Source of the DNA: Candidatus Limnocylindrales bacterium
GTDB taxonomy: Bacteria > Moduliflexota > Moduliflexia > Moduliflexales > JAUQPW01
DNA length: 64,000 nucleotides
Reading direction: 5' to 3'
Assembly (NCBI GenBank): GCA_035559535.1
Contig: DATMBG010000022.1
Coordinates: forward strand, 1 to 64,000
Below are positions 1-9,727 of the stretch, one piece after another (position 1 is the first letter of the stretch; each line of letters begins with the position of its first letter). The notes under the pieces were generated by a model, which did no database searches, was not told the DNA's origin, and saw only the letters and a program-made list of their open reading frames with translations. The position numbers were made by a program, and so were the translations under genes.

Positions 1-131
1 ACCACAGCTCTGAGTTCGATAAAGTCAGTCTTGGTAACCTGTAGCTCTTCTTTAAGCGCATCCACCAGCCGGGCCATTGGCACCCGAAGCTCCGGGGGAA
101 AAGATTCTAAAAGCTCTGTAAGGGTGGACAT
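1..131 (-). CDS. 5' part of a probable coiled-coil protein (DUF3782-like start), truncated by the window edge
   Basis: Manual translation from ATG at 131: MSTLTELLESFPPELRVPMARLVDALKEELQVTKTDFIELRAVV, open to the edge. 'VTKxDFxELR' resembles the lead-in of heptad-repeat proteins. Not in the ORF track. Confidence 0.4.
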   Translation of the reverse strand, partial: MSTLTELLESFPPELRVPMARLVDALKEELQVTKTDFIELRAV

Positions 132-972
132 AGGTTATAAATCTTCTTTTTTCTTTCCGAATTTTCAGGATCTCGTGGAAAACATCAACCCTTAAAGCCC
201 CCTTTTTAGGAGTGCACATGCATCAGTAAGGTGCTTTTACGGATCAACTCTCCTTCTTCCAGAGGTAACTTCCAGGGGTAAAATCGAAAGAGTCTAACTC
301 CTGAAATAGGATTATCAGTTATATTATAAATCCGGATTTTGAACTTTAAAAGGGTGAAATTTGGAGGTGAAGGGTTAATATTATCCAGCCATAGATTTTA
401 TATTTCTGCTTGAGGTCGCTGAGGAGATCCTGAAATCGATCTTCCATAAGAGCCTCTGCCGAATTATTCAGCGCAAGCGAGAAAGTATCTGGATTATGAT
501 TTGAATGACTTAATGAACTCCACGATAGATGGAATAAATCAAGATAATAAAAGCTGCAATACTCCAAAACTCTCCAGAAGGAAACTTCTTTTTTCGTTCC
601 CAGGCAAAGCTCTAATCTTTCATAATACCGGAGAAAAGTACTCGAGCAGTAGAAATTCTTTTGGAAAGTGGTTCGTATGGATTTGCTGCTGCTTGGGTTT
701 ATTTATGCCATGTTCTATGTGACGGAAGCCTTATTTTTTCTCAAAGGTTTATCATTCTCGAAACATAATGTGGTTATTTCAACAAGTAAAAGCATCAGGA
801 TGTCAAAGTAAAATTACCTCAACTAGATCCTTCCTTCTGCTTAGAAGTTAAACTTTAGCTTTTAATTTTGAGCTACAAGGAGAAGAGGCGGATGCAGAGC
901 CTACTTTATCCTTACAGAAGGAAGGATCATCCTTCAGATTTTTATGCTCTCCAAGTTAAGTTTTTTACATCT

Positions 973-2319
973 TTAGCCCTTCTTCATCTGAGAAATCTTA
1001 TCCCCCGCATTTTCCTTCTTTGTTGCTTCAACATCGATGTTCCAGAGCCTTGCAGCATTGAGTCCAAGGATCTTCGCTTTGATCTCATCGGTCAACTGAG
1101 TATATCCATAGCCCTCTATGAGGTTGTCAGGAATACGAAAGCGTCGCAGAGCTTCAATTTGCCATTGTGGAGACCCCCACCACAGGGAATCGGTTCCCCA
1201 GATTACGTAATCGGGACCTAAATAGGTGACGAGTTTTCCGAGCACGTGGGCAGCACGCTCGGGAGCACCAACTACATTCAAAGCGAAGGTACTTCCAAGC
1301 TCCCCATACAGGTTGGTGATATGTGGCTTTACATATTTGATATCCGTGATATCATCCACTCGGGGAAAGGCTGAGTGGTAGATGATAAAGTTAAGTTGAG
1401 GCCAGTCCAGGACAGCTTTTCCGACATCCAAGGCACGACAATATTCTTCATCTAACAAAGTTACCGCTAAACCTTTATGAATACAAAGATTCTTGATACC
1501 TAATTCCTGTGTGAATTTATAGAAGGGATAGGCTACTTTCTCATCATCCATCCACCACCCCCTCTTCCCGGCCATGCCATCGCCTGTATACATCTTCCAG
1601 GAATCGACCTTTAGCTTTTCCACCTGCCGCCTGGCTTCATCTTGATAGTTTGGCATATTTGGGGACATCAATCCATGGCAAATCATCCGACGGGATCCGG
1701 CCTTCTGGTTGATTTCATCCCGTGCTGAGGCCATATGATCAACGGGGATAAGTGGATTTGGTTCTGGGGGATGTGTTGGAAATCCACTCAGGATAGCTAC
1801 GTTGGTTTCGCTATCAAGGAAGATTTCCTTAAAGTAGGTGTCTTTGTTAAGGTCTAACCAATTGCTGCCTTTGACAGATTTTTCCCGCCATCCACCCAGT
1901 GTGTCTACGATAACCTTGGCAATGGGGTCTTTGTCCTTCACATCCCACAATTGTCGAGGATTATCGATATAATGGGTCTGGACATCCATGATGAACTGAT
2001 CCCGCGAAGTAGCCTCCGCCGCCGCTGCTTCATCGGCTGCTTCAATCTCCTGCACGTCAAAAAACCGGTTGCCAAAGACTTTGTTAATTGCTAACATGGC
2101 TGCAGCCATACCACTGAGCGTCCGAAAGAAGGTCCTGCGGGTCAAACCACGTTTTTTCCCGTATCGATCGGCATATTCTGTCAGCAGGAAGTCGATCTGT
2201 CGTTGCTTGTCGGTCTTAGGTAATGGAATATATTCCCCATTGGATACAACCTGAGTAGGAATGGGAGGTTTGGGAGGAAGGTCATCATTTAAATTCTTGC
2301 TAGGGGTATGAATAAACAT
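973..2319 (-). CDS. Amidohydrolase_2 family metal-dependent hydrolase with internal twin-arginine-like motif
   Basis: Motifs DVQTH, CIHKG, IYHSA, VIWGTDS and KILGLNAARL; TRRTFF followed by a hydrophobic stretch near residue 60. Confidence 0.85.
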   Translation of the reverse strand: MFIHTPSKNLNDDLPPKPPIPTQVVSNGEYIPLPKTDKQRQIDFLLTEYADRYGKKRGLTRRTFFRTLSGMAAAMLAINKVFGNRFFDVQEIEAADEAAAAEATSRDQFIMDVQTHYIDNPRQLWDVKDKDPIAKVIVDTLGGWREKSVKGSNWLDLNKDTYFKEIFLDSETNVAILSGFPTHPPEPNPLIPVDHMASARDEINQKAGSRRMICHGLMSPNMPNYQDEARRQVEKLKVDSWKMYTGDGMAGKRGWWMDDEKVAYPFYKFTQELGIKNLCIHKGLAVTLLDEEYCRALDVGKAVLDWPQLNFIIYHSAFPRVDDITDIKYVKPHITNLYGELGSTFALNVVGAPERAAHVLGKLVTYLGPDYVIWGTDSLWWGSPQWQIEALRRFRIPDNLIEGYGYTQLTDEIKAKILGLNAARLWNIDVEATKKENAGDKISQMKKG

Positions 2320-2534
2320 GATAAATATTTTACAAAATCTACCTAAATCGGTAGCTTTTGAAGGACGCCTTTCTTCGTCCTGTTAAATCTCAGCCTAGAC
2401 ATCTCAGGATGAGGGCTTGTAAAATATTTTGCTTGAAAGATTCTCACCCCCCTTCATAAGTCTGGTAGGAGAAACCCTGACCCGGAACGCAATAACTTAC
2501 CGAAAGGTTAAAACCCCTACAAGAGATAAGATCC

Positions 2535-2948
2535 CTAGTGTGCTCGGGAGAAATGTTCATGGACTATTCGCCATTGACCGTTTTGGTGCTCTAAAACATG
2601 AGTACCTCGACCGGTAATAATGTCTTCCTCGGTTCCTTCCAGAGGTGCCGTTTTCCAATAGAAAGTTGCTATGGCTGCTTCACCCCCTTTAAGCATCTGC
2701 ACCTCTATATCCTGAATTTCATAATAAATACGTTTACTCTTCTGCAAGTAATACTCAAAGGTCTTTCGTAATGCTTCTCGACCCTTATACCGGTTGTTGT
2801 GGGTACTGGAAAAGCCATTAATATTTTCAGCAAAATAGCTCAATACTTTATCCAGATCAGGGATATTAAAAGCCTCTACATGGCCCCGCTCAACCTGTAA
2901 AATCTCGTTTACCGCCTCAGAGGTTTGGTTAATTGAAGGAGTACTCAT
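2535..2948 (-). CDS. SnoaL/NTF2-like (DUF4440) protein
   Basis: 137 aa; C-terminal GRGTHVLEHQNGQWRIVHEHFS is typical of NTF2-like folds; GGAGG RBS upstream. Confidence 0.8.
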   Translation of the reverse strand: MSTPSINQTSEAVNEILQVERGHVEAFNIPDLDKVLSYFAENINGFSSTHNNRYKGREALRKTFEYYLQKSKRIYYEIQDIEVQMLKGGEAAIATFYWKTAPLEGTEEDIITGRGTHVLEHQNGQWRIVHEHFSRAH

Positions 2949-3093
2949 AACTCACCTCCATCCTTACAAATAAAATACTATATTTTAGTTTGATCCTTCA
3001 GGGAAAACCTAACCCTTGCAGCAGGATTAGGTTCCCATTCAAAATACCTTTCTAAGTTTAAAATAAAAACACCGTACTCGGATATTTAGTCTC

Positions 3094-3795
3094 TTAAACT
3101 GCAAGATATTCTTTCATAACCGTGGAATTAGAGAGTTCGGCAGGGGTACCTTCGGCGACAATTCTTCCTTTCTCTAAAATGATACAATGATCGGTCATAG
3201 TAAAGACCATCGGTACGTTCTGCTCGACGATGATGATCATCATGTTTTCCCGGCGGTTGATTTCTTTGAGAATTTGGGCTATTTTTTTGACCAGAATAGG
3301 CATGATTCCTTCTGACGGTTCATCCAGCAACATGATGCGGGGAGAGGTCATAAGGCCACGACCAATAGCCAGCATTTGCTGTTCGCCCCCGCTTAGAGTT
3401 CCACCCGGCTGATTAAGGCGTCTGCCTAGTGGCTCAAAATAGTTCAAGACTTCGTCCATCCGATTACGTTGGGCCCGACCTGAGGCGATTCGACCCAGCT
3501 CTAAATTCTCCCGTACTGTCAGATCAGGAAAAATTCCTCGTCCTTGAACAACGGTAGTAATACCTAAATAGGCCCGTTCATGAGGAGACAGATGTGTAAT
3601 ATCATGTCCATCAAAAATAATAGAGCCTGTGATCGCCGGTAATAGTCCTGATAAGCAACGGATCAAGGTAGTTTTACCCATCCCGTTACGTCCTAGGACC
3701 CCCAAAATCTGTCCGTCTGATACTTGTAGAGAAAGATCCCGTAATACAACGGTACTCCCATAACCTGAAGTAATATGTTTGACTTCAAGACCCAT
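3094..3795 (-). CDS. ABC transporter ATP-binding protein, UrtE/LivF-like
   Basis: Walker A GRNGMGKTT, signature LSGGEQQ, LLDEPSEG. Confidence 0.9.
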   Translation of the reverse strand: MGLEVKHITSGYGSTVVLRDLSLQVSDGQILGVLGRNGMGKTTLIRCLSGLLPAITGSIIFDGHDITHLSPHERAYLGITTVVQGRGIFPDLTVRENLELGRIASGRAQRNRMDEVLNYFEPLGRRLNQPGGTLSGGEQQMLAIGRGLMTSPRIMLLDEPSEGIMPILVKKIAQILKEINRRENMMIIIVEQNVPMVFTMTDHCIILEKGRIVAEGTPAELSNSTVMKEYLAV

Positions 3796-3858
3796 TTTTG
3801 TATCTTCCCGATGAATCCTACCTTATGGGCAGGAAACAAATTTTTATGCTAAAAAGTC

Positions 3859-4578
3859 TTATTCTTCTCCCAAATACACATTACGTACCTGTTCGTTACG
3901 TTGTATTTCTTCAAAAGTTCCTTCAACCAAGATTCTTCCGAGATGAAGTACAGTAACCGGAGCTTGCAAGTTACGAATAAAATGGATATCGTGTTCTATG
4001 ATAATAGCGGATAAATTCATCCCATAAACCAGATTTCGGACCAGTTCCCCGGTGGAGGCGGTCTCTTCTGCCGTCATGCCTGCAGTCGGTTCATCCAGAA
4101 GGAGCAGCTCGGCCTCATTGGCCAGGAGGAGACCAATTTCTAGCCATTGTTTTTGACCATGGGAAAGGGTTTGTACAGGTTGTCCAGCCGAGTCTGAAAG
4201 GCGTACAAGTTCCAATATCTGGAGGATCCGATTGTGCCGTTTCTTAGGAGGGCAATTTGTCCCCAGCACAGCCAGCTCTACATTTTCATAAACCGAAAGA
4301 TTTGTAAACAGGCTGGGTGTTTGAAACTTTCGAACGATTCCCATCCGGGCGCGGGAGTAGACTGGGAAATGTGTGATATTCTGGCCTTTAAACCAGATGG
4401 TACCTCGAGTAGGTTTTTGGTGACCCGATATCAGACTAATAAAAGTCGTTTTTCCCGCACCATTGGGACCGATAATACAGCGAATGGTTCCGGCCTCCAG
4501 GATAAAATTTATATCCTGATTGGCAATCAAGCCCTGAAAGGATTTGGTTAAATTCTCTGTACGTAATAGTTCGGTCAT
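3859..4578 (-). CDS. ABC transporter ATP-binding protein, UrtD/LivG-like
   Basis: GPNGAGKTT, LSHGQKQWLEIG (UrtD-type signature), LLDEPTAGM. Confidence 0.9.
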   Translation of the reverse strand: MTELLRTENLTKSFQGLIANQDINFILEAGTIRCIIGPNGAGKTTFISLISGHQKPTRGTIWFKGQNITHFPVYSRARMGIVRKFQTPSLFTNLSVYENVELAVLGTNCPPKKRHNRILQILELVRLSDSAGQPVQTLSHGQKQWLEIGLLLANEAELLLLDEPTAGMTAEETASTGELVRNLVYGMNLSAIIIEHDIHFIRNLQAPVTVLHLGRILVEGTFEEIQRNEQVRNVYLGEE

Positions 4579-4650
4579 CTTCTAGAAAACAGCTTCAAAA
4601 TCCTTCTTAAACTTCCAAGGTTTTTAAAGCCTGGATCTGACAACAGATTT

Positions 4651-5691
4651 TTAATCCACCCGCATAGCTTGTTCGGCTCGAACTTCCTGAATCGATTTAA
4701 GGGGGGTCTTTCGATTAAAGAGAGTAAATTGGGTTAAAGCACCGGCAACTCCCCCTTTGAAATAAATGATAGTGGTTACAAATAAAATTCCAAGTACCAG
4801 TTGCCAAAATCTGGGTGTAATGGCGCTCAGGTAATTGGAAAGGGAAGCTACCATAACCCCCCCTAAAAACACACCCAACAAGCTAGTCCGACCTCCTAGG
4901 GCTGTCCAGACAACCACTTCTGTGGAAAACGAGACCCCTCCCAGGGAGGGAGCCACGAAACCTGCATGGGTTCCATACAAAGCGCCCGCCCAGGTAGCTA
5001 CGGCCCCTGAGATGGCAAAGGCTGCCGTTTTATAGAGTGAAGTATTGAAGCCCAGTGAAATCGCCCGGTCTTCATTCTCACGAATTCCTATAAGGACCTT
5101 ACCGAACTTCGAAGTTATTAATTTTCGCAGTAAAAAATAGACAAAGGCAACCAGAGGTAAGACAAAATAATACATGGGAACATCATTGAACAAGGAGATC
5201 TCTCTGCCGGAACCCAGGGTCAGGGACATCCGGTCGATAAAAAAACCATTCCATCCTCCGGTAATATCGGACTGACTTACCGCGATTTGCTCAACAATGA
5301 TAGATAATGCCAGGGTTACAATTACAAAATAGGCGTCCCGCACTCCCGCACTGAACAGAAAATACCCTATTATCGTGGCAAGCCCGGCCCCCATAAAGGC
5401 ACTGAGGATAATGCCTGCATACGCCGGATTGATACCAAATCCATTATATTTCATGCACAATCCCATTGTGTAAGCACCCAAGGCAAAAAAGCCAGCCTGT
5501 CCAAAACTTAGAATACCGGTAAAACCCCATAATAAACCCAGTGACATGGCCAGCGTGCCATATAACATATACTGGGGTAGAATGTAAATGATATAACCAG
5601 AAATGAACACGGGAAGCAAACTCAGAATGAGAAAGACTAAAACGGCAAACTTCTCCTCTGACCAGGATTTTTTCAAAAAATGCTTCATCAT
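4651..5691 (-). CDS. HAAT-family ABC permease, UrtC/LivM-like
   Basis: Multiple TM segments; LWGFTGILSFGQAGFFALGAY and IRENEDRAISLG motifs. Confidence 0.88.
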   Translation of the reverse strand: MMKHFLKKSWSEEKFAVLVFLILSLLPVFISGYIIYILPQYMLYGTLAMSLGLLWGFTGILSFGQAGFFALGAYTMGLCMKYNGFGINPAYAGIILSAFMGAGLATIIGYFLFSAGVRDAYFVIVTLALSIIVEQIAVSQSDITGGWNGFFIDRMSLTLGSGREISLFNDVPMYYFVLPLVAFVYFLLRKLITSKFGKVLIGIRENEDRAISLGFNTSLYKTAAFAISGAVATWAGALYGTHAGFVAPSLGGVSFSTEVVVWTALGGRTSLLGVFLGGVMVASLSNYLSAITPRFWQLVLGILFVTTIIYFKGGVAGALTQFTLFNRKTPLKSIQEVRAEQAMRVD

Positions 5692-6557
5692 CTTCTACCT
5701 TGAACGGTCCAGAGACCAGAGGGTCGAAACCTGAGAACCACAATTGCCAGTGCAAAGACAATGGTTTGGGCAAAGGTCTGTTTGAACTGCAAGGCAGCAA
5801 AAAAGGTCTCTGAACCTCCTATCAAAAAGCTGCCCACCAGGGTTCCACCCAGAATTTGGCCGATCCCTCCCACAATTACAACAAAGAAAGATCGGGCCAG
5901 AAAGACCATGCCGATATAAGGATCCACACTTAATAGGGGACTGATTAAAGCTCCTGCCAGGCCTGCTATACAGGAACCTGCTACAAAGACCATCTTATAC
6001 ATGTAAGCAATATTGACACCGAGCAAGCTTGCCATCTCACGATTCTGAATAAGCGCACGGATCTTTATACCCAAAGAGGTATGATAGAAAACCACAGCCA
6101 GGGTAAAGATTAAGAATAACGAGATACAGGCCAGTAAGGATTGATAGGCAGGTAATTCGACAATCCCAAGGTTAATACTATCCGGTAGTGGATTTTTTAC
6201 GTTCCGTAGGTCTGTACCAAAGACAATTTTGATTAACTCGGTCATGATCAAAAAAAAGCCCCAGGTAATCAAAAGAGTCTCAAAGGGTTTATCATAAAAA
6301 TGTCGGATAACAAGGTGTTCCAACAGAAGTCCTATCACCCCGACTATCAATGCCGCCAAGAGGACAGAGAACACGAAGGGGATACCTCTGGAGGTAGCGG
6401 CCCAGGTTAAATAAGCCCCCAGGGTTAACATAGCCCCATGGCCCATATTGATCACGCCCATTAACCCGTAAATAACGGCCAATCCAAGCGCTGCTAAAGC
6501 CAATGTCAAGGTCAACAGCGCAGCATCAAAAAGAACACTTACGATTATACTCATCAT
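5688..6557 (-). CDS. HAAT-family ABC permease, UrtB/LivH-like
   Basis: GLAVIYGLMGVINMGHG and IRALIQNREMASLLGVN motifs; 4-bp overlap with the next gene. Confidence 0.88.
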   Translation of the reverse strand: MMSIIVSVLFDAALLTLTLALAALGLAVIYGLMGVINMGHGAMLTLGAYLTWAATSRGIPFVFSVLLAALIVGVIGLLLEHLVIRHFYDKPFETLLITWGFFLIMTELIKIVFGTDLRNVKNPLPDSINLGIVELPAYQSLLACISLFLIFTLAVVFYHTSLGIKIRALIQNREMASLLGVNIAYMYKMVFVAGSCIAGLAGALISPLLSVDPYIGMVFLARSFFVVIVGGIGQILGGTLVGSFLIGGSETFFAALQFKQTFAQTIVFALAIVVLRFRPSGLWTVQGRR

Positions 6558-6590
6558 GTTAGAGGTCTTTTATCGTTTTCTTTAAAAGGA

Positions 6591-6665
6591 GAAATCCCCC
6601 GTCATCCGTTTTTTTCTCCATAATTCGGGGGATTTCAAGTAGGGGCGTAAGGCCTTACGCCCTAC
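6591..6665. repeat. Two adjacent stem-loops; the second is a GTAG-type REP-like palindrome
   Basis: GAAATCCCCCG...CGGGGGATTTC (6591-6636) and GTAGGGGCGTAAGGCCTTACGCCCTAC (6639-6665, palindrome with one bulge). Confidence 0.7.
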
Positions 6666-7931
6666 TTATTGAGAAAGGGGTAAATCACATCGGGCCGGCA
6701 CCGGTTCCACGGCCTGAAAGGACTGAATTTCTTCAAACATATCCCCAACCCCTGTCCAACCTTCTCGAACCCTCATAAGATAAGAAGGTACCACCAGTTG
6801 ATGATCGTCGGCCCGCATCTTAACCGGTCCTTGCGGAGCGCCGTCAAAGGTCATCCCTCTCAGTCCTTTACGAATGGCATCGGTATCAACCGATTTTTCC
6901 TGGGCAATGGCTTTAGCAACCATATGCGCAGCATTGTACATGGCAACCCCTACAGTGTTCATCAGGGCATCTTGTCCAAATTTTGCCCGGAAACGTTCTA
7001 AGAATGGACCATTGTTGGGATGCTTGATGGTCATGAAATAATCAAAACTCACATAAGTTCCAGCCGAGACCTCAGGACCCAACCCACTGGTTACAACCTC
7101 TTCGTCATCCACCGTCCAGAGGATAAAATCTTTATGCATACCAGCGGCATGGAACTGACGGCGGAAGTTAACAGTATCACTTCCTGTCAGGGTATGGAAA
7201 ATAATATTAGCCCCAGAACCCCGGATTTGCCGTAATACAGATTCGTATTGAGGAGTATTGAAGGGGATATAAACTTCATCGACTACTTCCCCTCCAAGCT
7301 CTAAAAGTTTCTTTTTGGTAACCTGGTTGGTCACCCGGGGCCAAGCGTAGTCAGATCCGATCATGAAGAACTTTTTTCCGAATTTGTTCATCATGTATTC
7401 CATATGCGGCCAGACTTGTTGGGTAGGTTCGGGTCCAAACATGAAAATGTTTTTGTTACACACTCCAGGATAATATTCTTTTTCCTGCCCCTCGTAGAAG
7501 GTTGGATAAAGGAGGATTTTGTTGGAAGCCTTCACTACAGGTCCTGCTGCATTTCGTTCTGCACTGCTGAACGTACCCGCCAGAAAGTCTACTTTTTCCT
7601 GGCGAATCAAGCGATTTGCCTGCTCGACCACGATTCGAGGTTCGGTTTTTGAATCCCCTATAATAACCTCTATCTTACGACCCAGCACACCTCCCGCTGC
7701 ATTAATCTCATCAACAGCCAGTAAAAAGCCGGCTGAATGAGCCTTTCCATATACTGTCCAGGCACCCGTTAAAGGAGAAATCAACCCTACTTTAATCGGA
7801 GCTTCGGCGAAAGCATGACGAATAAAAGCCGGTGCTCCAAAACTCATGGCTGCTACACCACTTGCTATCATCCCTTTAAGGGCCGTTCGACGCGTAATTC
7901 CATGTTCAATGGGTTTTTCTAGTTCACTCAT
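6666..7931 (-). CDS. UrtA/AmiC-like periplasmic amide/urea-binding protein with Tat signal
   Basis: TRRTALK Tat motif; IKVGLISPLTG, LYPTFYEG and IGSDYAWPR motifs of the AmiC/UrtA/FmdD group. Confidence 0.88.
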   Translation of the reverse strand: MSELEKPIEHGITRRTALKGMIASGVAAMSFGAPAFIRHAFAEAPIKVGLISPLTGAWTVYGKAHSAGFLLAVDEINAAGGVLGRKIEVIIGDSKTEPRIVVEQANRLIRQEKVDFLAGTFSSAERNAAGPVVKASNKILLYPTFYEGQEKEYYPGVCNKNIFMFGPEPTQQVWPHMEYMMNKFGKKFFMIGSDYAWPRVTNQVTKKKLLELGGEVVDEVYIPFNTPQYESVLRQIRGSGANIIFHTLTGSDTVNFRRQFHAAGMHKDFILWTVDDEEVVTSGLGPEVSAGTYVSFDYFMTIKHPNNGPFLERFRAKFGQDALMNTVGVAMYNAAHMVAKAIAQEKSVDTDAIRKGLRGMTFDGAPQGPVKMRADDHQLVVPSYLMRVREGWTGVGDMFEEIQSFQAVEPVPARCDLPLSQ

Positions 7932-8029
7932 GAAAACCTCCTTAGTTTTTGGTTATTTAATCCTTAGTTGCTAACAGCAGTTGCTAACAGGTGTGAGTAA
8001 GAGAAGTAATCCCAGAAGAATCACCATTT

Positions 8030-8914
8030 TTAATACCAACCTGGAGAAAGATTAGAACCCAGCATTTCATCATAAACGTCGGTACGACGATCCCGAAGAA
8101 CTTGATTGTACTCGTTCCAATTTCGTTTACGACGAGCATCGGCAAGGTTCGCCTCGGCATAAATGATTTCTTCGGCGTCTGGACTGGCAGGACCCCCAAT
8201 CGGCCAACCCGTATAACTTACGATAATACTTTGCCCAACAAAGGGCTGACCCCGTTCTACACCCACACGATCAGCACAAGCAATAAAAACCGAGTTAGAA
8301 TGGGCAGCTGCCATAACCAGGATATTGGCCATAGCCTCACGATCTTTGGCTTGTCCGGGAATAGGTACCCAATTGGTTGGAATACAGATAATATCAGCAC
8401 CCTGGAGAGCACAAAGACGATAACTTTCTGGAAACCAACCATCATAGCAAATAAAAGTACCTATACGACCAAGCTTTGTTTTAAAGACAGGAAAACCTAA
8501 GTTTCCAGGTTCAAAAAATAAATTTTCTTCATTCCAGAGATGAACCTTACGAAAGGTCCCGATATAACCTTCAGGTCCAATTACAACAGAAGAGTTATAT
8601 AAAACCTGACCCTCTCGTTCATTGATCCCGGCTACAATATGCAATTCATGCTCCATAGCTGCTTTAATCCAGGCCTGGCACGTTGGCCCAGCCGGTACTT
8701 CCTCAGAAAGCTTAAAAGCTTCTTCTCGACTCTGGAATACATAACCCGAATTACAAAGCTCAGGTAGAACAACCAGGTTCGCTCCCCGAGAAGCAGCTTC
8801 TTTAATAAAACCGATGGTTTTTTCAATATTCTTCGCCTTCTCACCCACCACCGGCTCCATTTGAATACATGCAATCTTTACCTGGCTTTCTTTGCGGCTT
8901 TCCTTCTCCTCCAT
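8030..8914 (-). CDS. Carbon-nitrogen hydrolase (nitrilase superfamily, amidase/carbamoylase-like)
   Basis: Catalytic triad motifs LPEL (Glu), FRKVHL (Lys) and ICYD (Cys). Confidence 0.9.
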   Translation of the reverse strand: MEEKESRKESQVKIACIQMEPVVGEKAKNIEKTIGFIKEAASRGANLVVLPELCNSGYVFQSREEAFKLSEEVPAGPTCQAWIKAAMEHELHIVAGINEREGQVLYNSSVVIGPEGYIGTFRKVHLWNEENLFFEPGNLGFPVFKTKLGRIGTFICYDGWFPESYRLCALQGADIICIPTNWVPIPGQAKDREAMANILVMAAAHSNSVFIACADRVGVERGQPFVGQSIIVSYTGWPIGGPASPDAEEIIYAEANLADARRKRNWNEYNQVLRDRRTDVYDEMLGSNLSPGWY

Positions 8915-9074
8915 AACGAATATTCCTCCCTATCTACCGAAACTACTCTTCAGTTGTTGTCCCTTTAAAAGATGAAAAAGAAATTAAAAACCTGCTGTTG
9001 ATTCCAATTCCTTACCTTCCTCACCAAAACATTGAGCGTTTCAAAAGTCAAGTGGAAAATTAAAAATCTACTGC

Positions 9075-9455
9075 TTATCCCTCTACATAAATGGCCATCA
9101 CTACACGCTCTCTTTTCCAGAGTTTACTGAAAAAATCTCCTACCTTCTTCCACCAACCGTACTTCTGATTAAGAAGGTTATGTCCATGTTCTGCTTCCTG
9201 ATCTTCTACAATCCGGGCCTTACCCTCCACCCAGGAACCCTTTGGTTTTCCACGAATATCACAAGGGACTACTCGCACGCGAGGGTTATTCCTTATTCGT
9301 TTAACCTTTCCTGCGTTTGCAAGGGAATATACATACAATACCCCCTTATCTTCAGCAAACCACATGGGCGTCTGTACAGGCTTCCCGCTTTTTCTATAAC
9401 TCTCCAGATTCAAATAGCTTTGATTTGCAAACTGGGTTAACTTCTTATTACTCAT
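9075..9455 (-). CDS. PPOX-class putative F420-dependent oxidoreductase (Rv2061-like)
   Basis: YLNLESYRKSGKPVQTPMW and GKVKRIRNNPRVRVVPCDIRG motifs. Confidence 0.85.
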   Translation of the reverse strand: MSNKKLTQFANQSYLNLESYRKSGKPVQTPMWFAEDKGVLYVYSLANAGKVKRIRNNPRVRVVPCDIRGKPKGSWVEGKARIVEDQEAEHGHNLLNQKYGWWKKVGDFFSKLWKRERVVMAIYVEG

Positions 9456-9727
9456 ACTTTTTTCCCATCATCACCCGAAGTACAAGGGTAGAGCTAACTT
9501 TCTTACTCCTTTATAACCATTCCCCTAATATCCAGGTTCGAGGAATTATACTGTGTGGTTTTAAGATCAGATTTCCTTCTACGAAATGTATTTATCAGGT
9601 TTAAACCTGACAGGATCTCCATGGGAGTCGCCTTAAAACCGAAGTTCCAGGAAGCTGTTGCTGTACCCAGACCGGACGAGCAAATCACCCCTCTGGTCTG
9701 TTATCTCGCAAACGCCAGTCCCCCCGT

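Noticed and set aside
346-1221. Short ORFs 346-567, 501-722 and 868-1221
   Set aside because: No recognisable motifs or RBS, non-ATG starts, and they overlap each other or lie antisense to the amidohydrolase.
7966-7990. AGTTGCTAACAG tandem duplication upstream of the amide-binding protein, considered as an ANTAR/AmiR target
   Set aside because: It does not form two hairpins with six-nucleotide loops and no terminator follows; probably a simple duplication.
9660-9727. Minus-strand GACUGGCG...GUCUGGGU resembling a ZTP (pfl) riboswitch
   Set aside because: The GUGG/CCAC P2 helix and P1 pairing are missing, and the downstream gene is not a purine or folate gene. Would need an Rfam cmscan hit.
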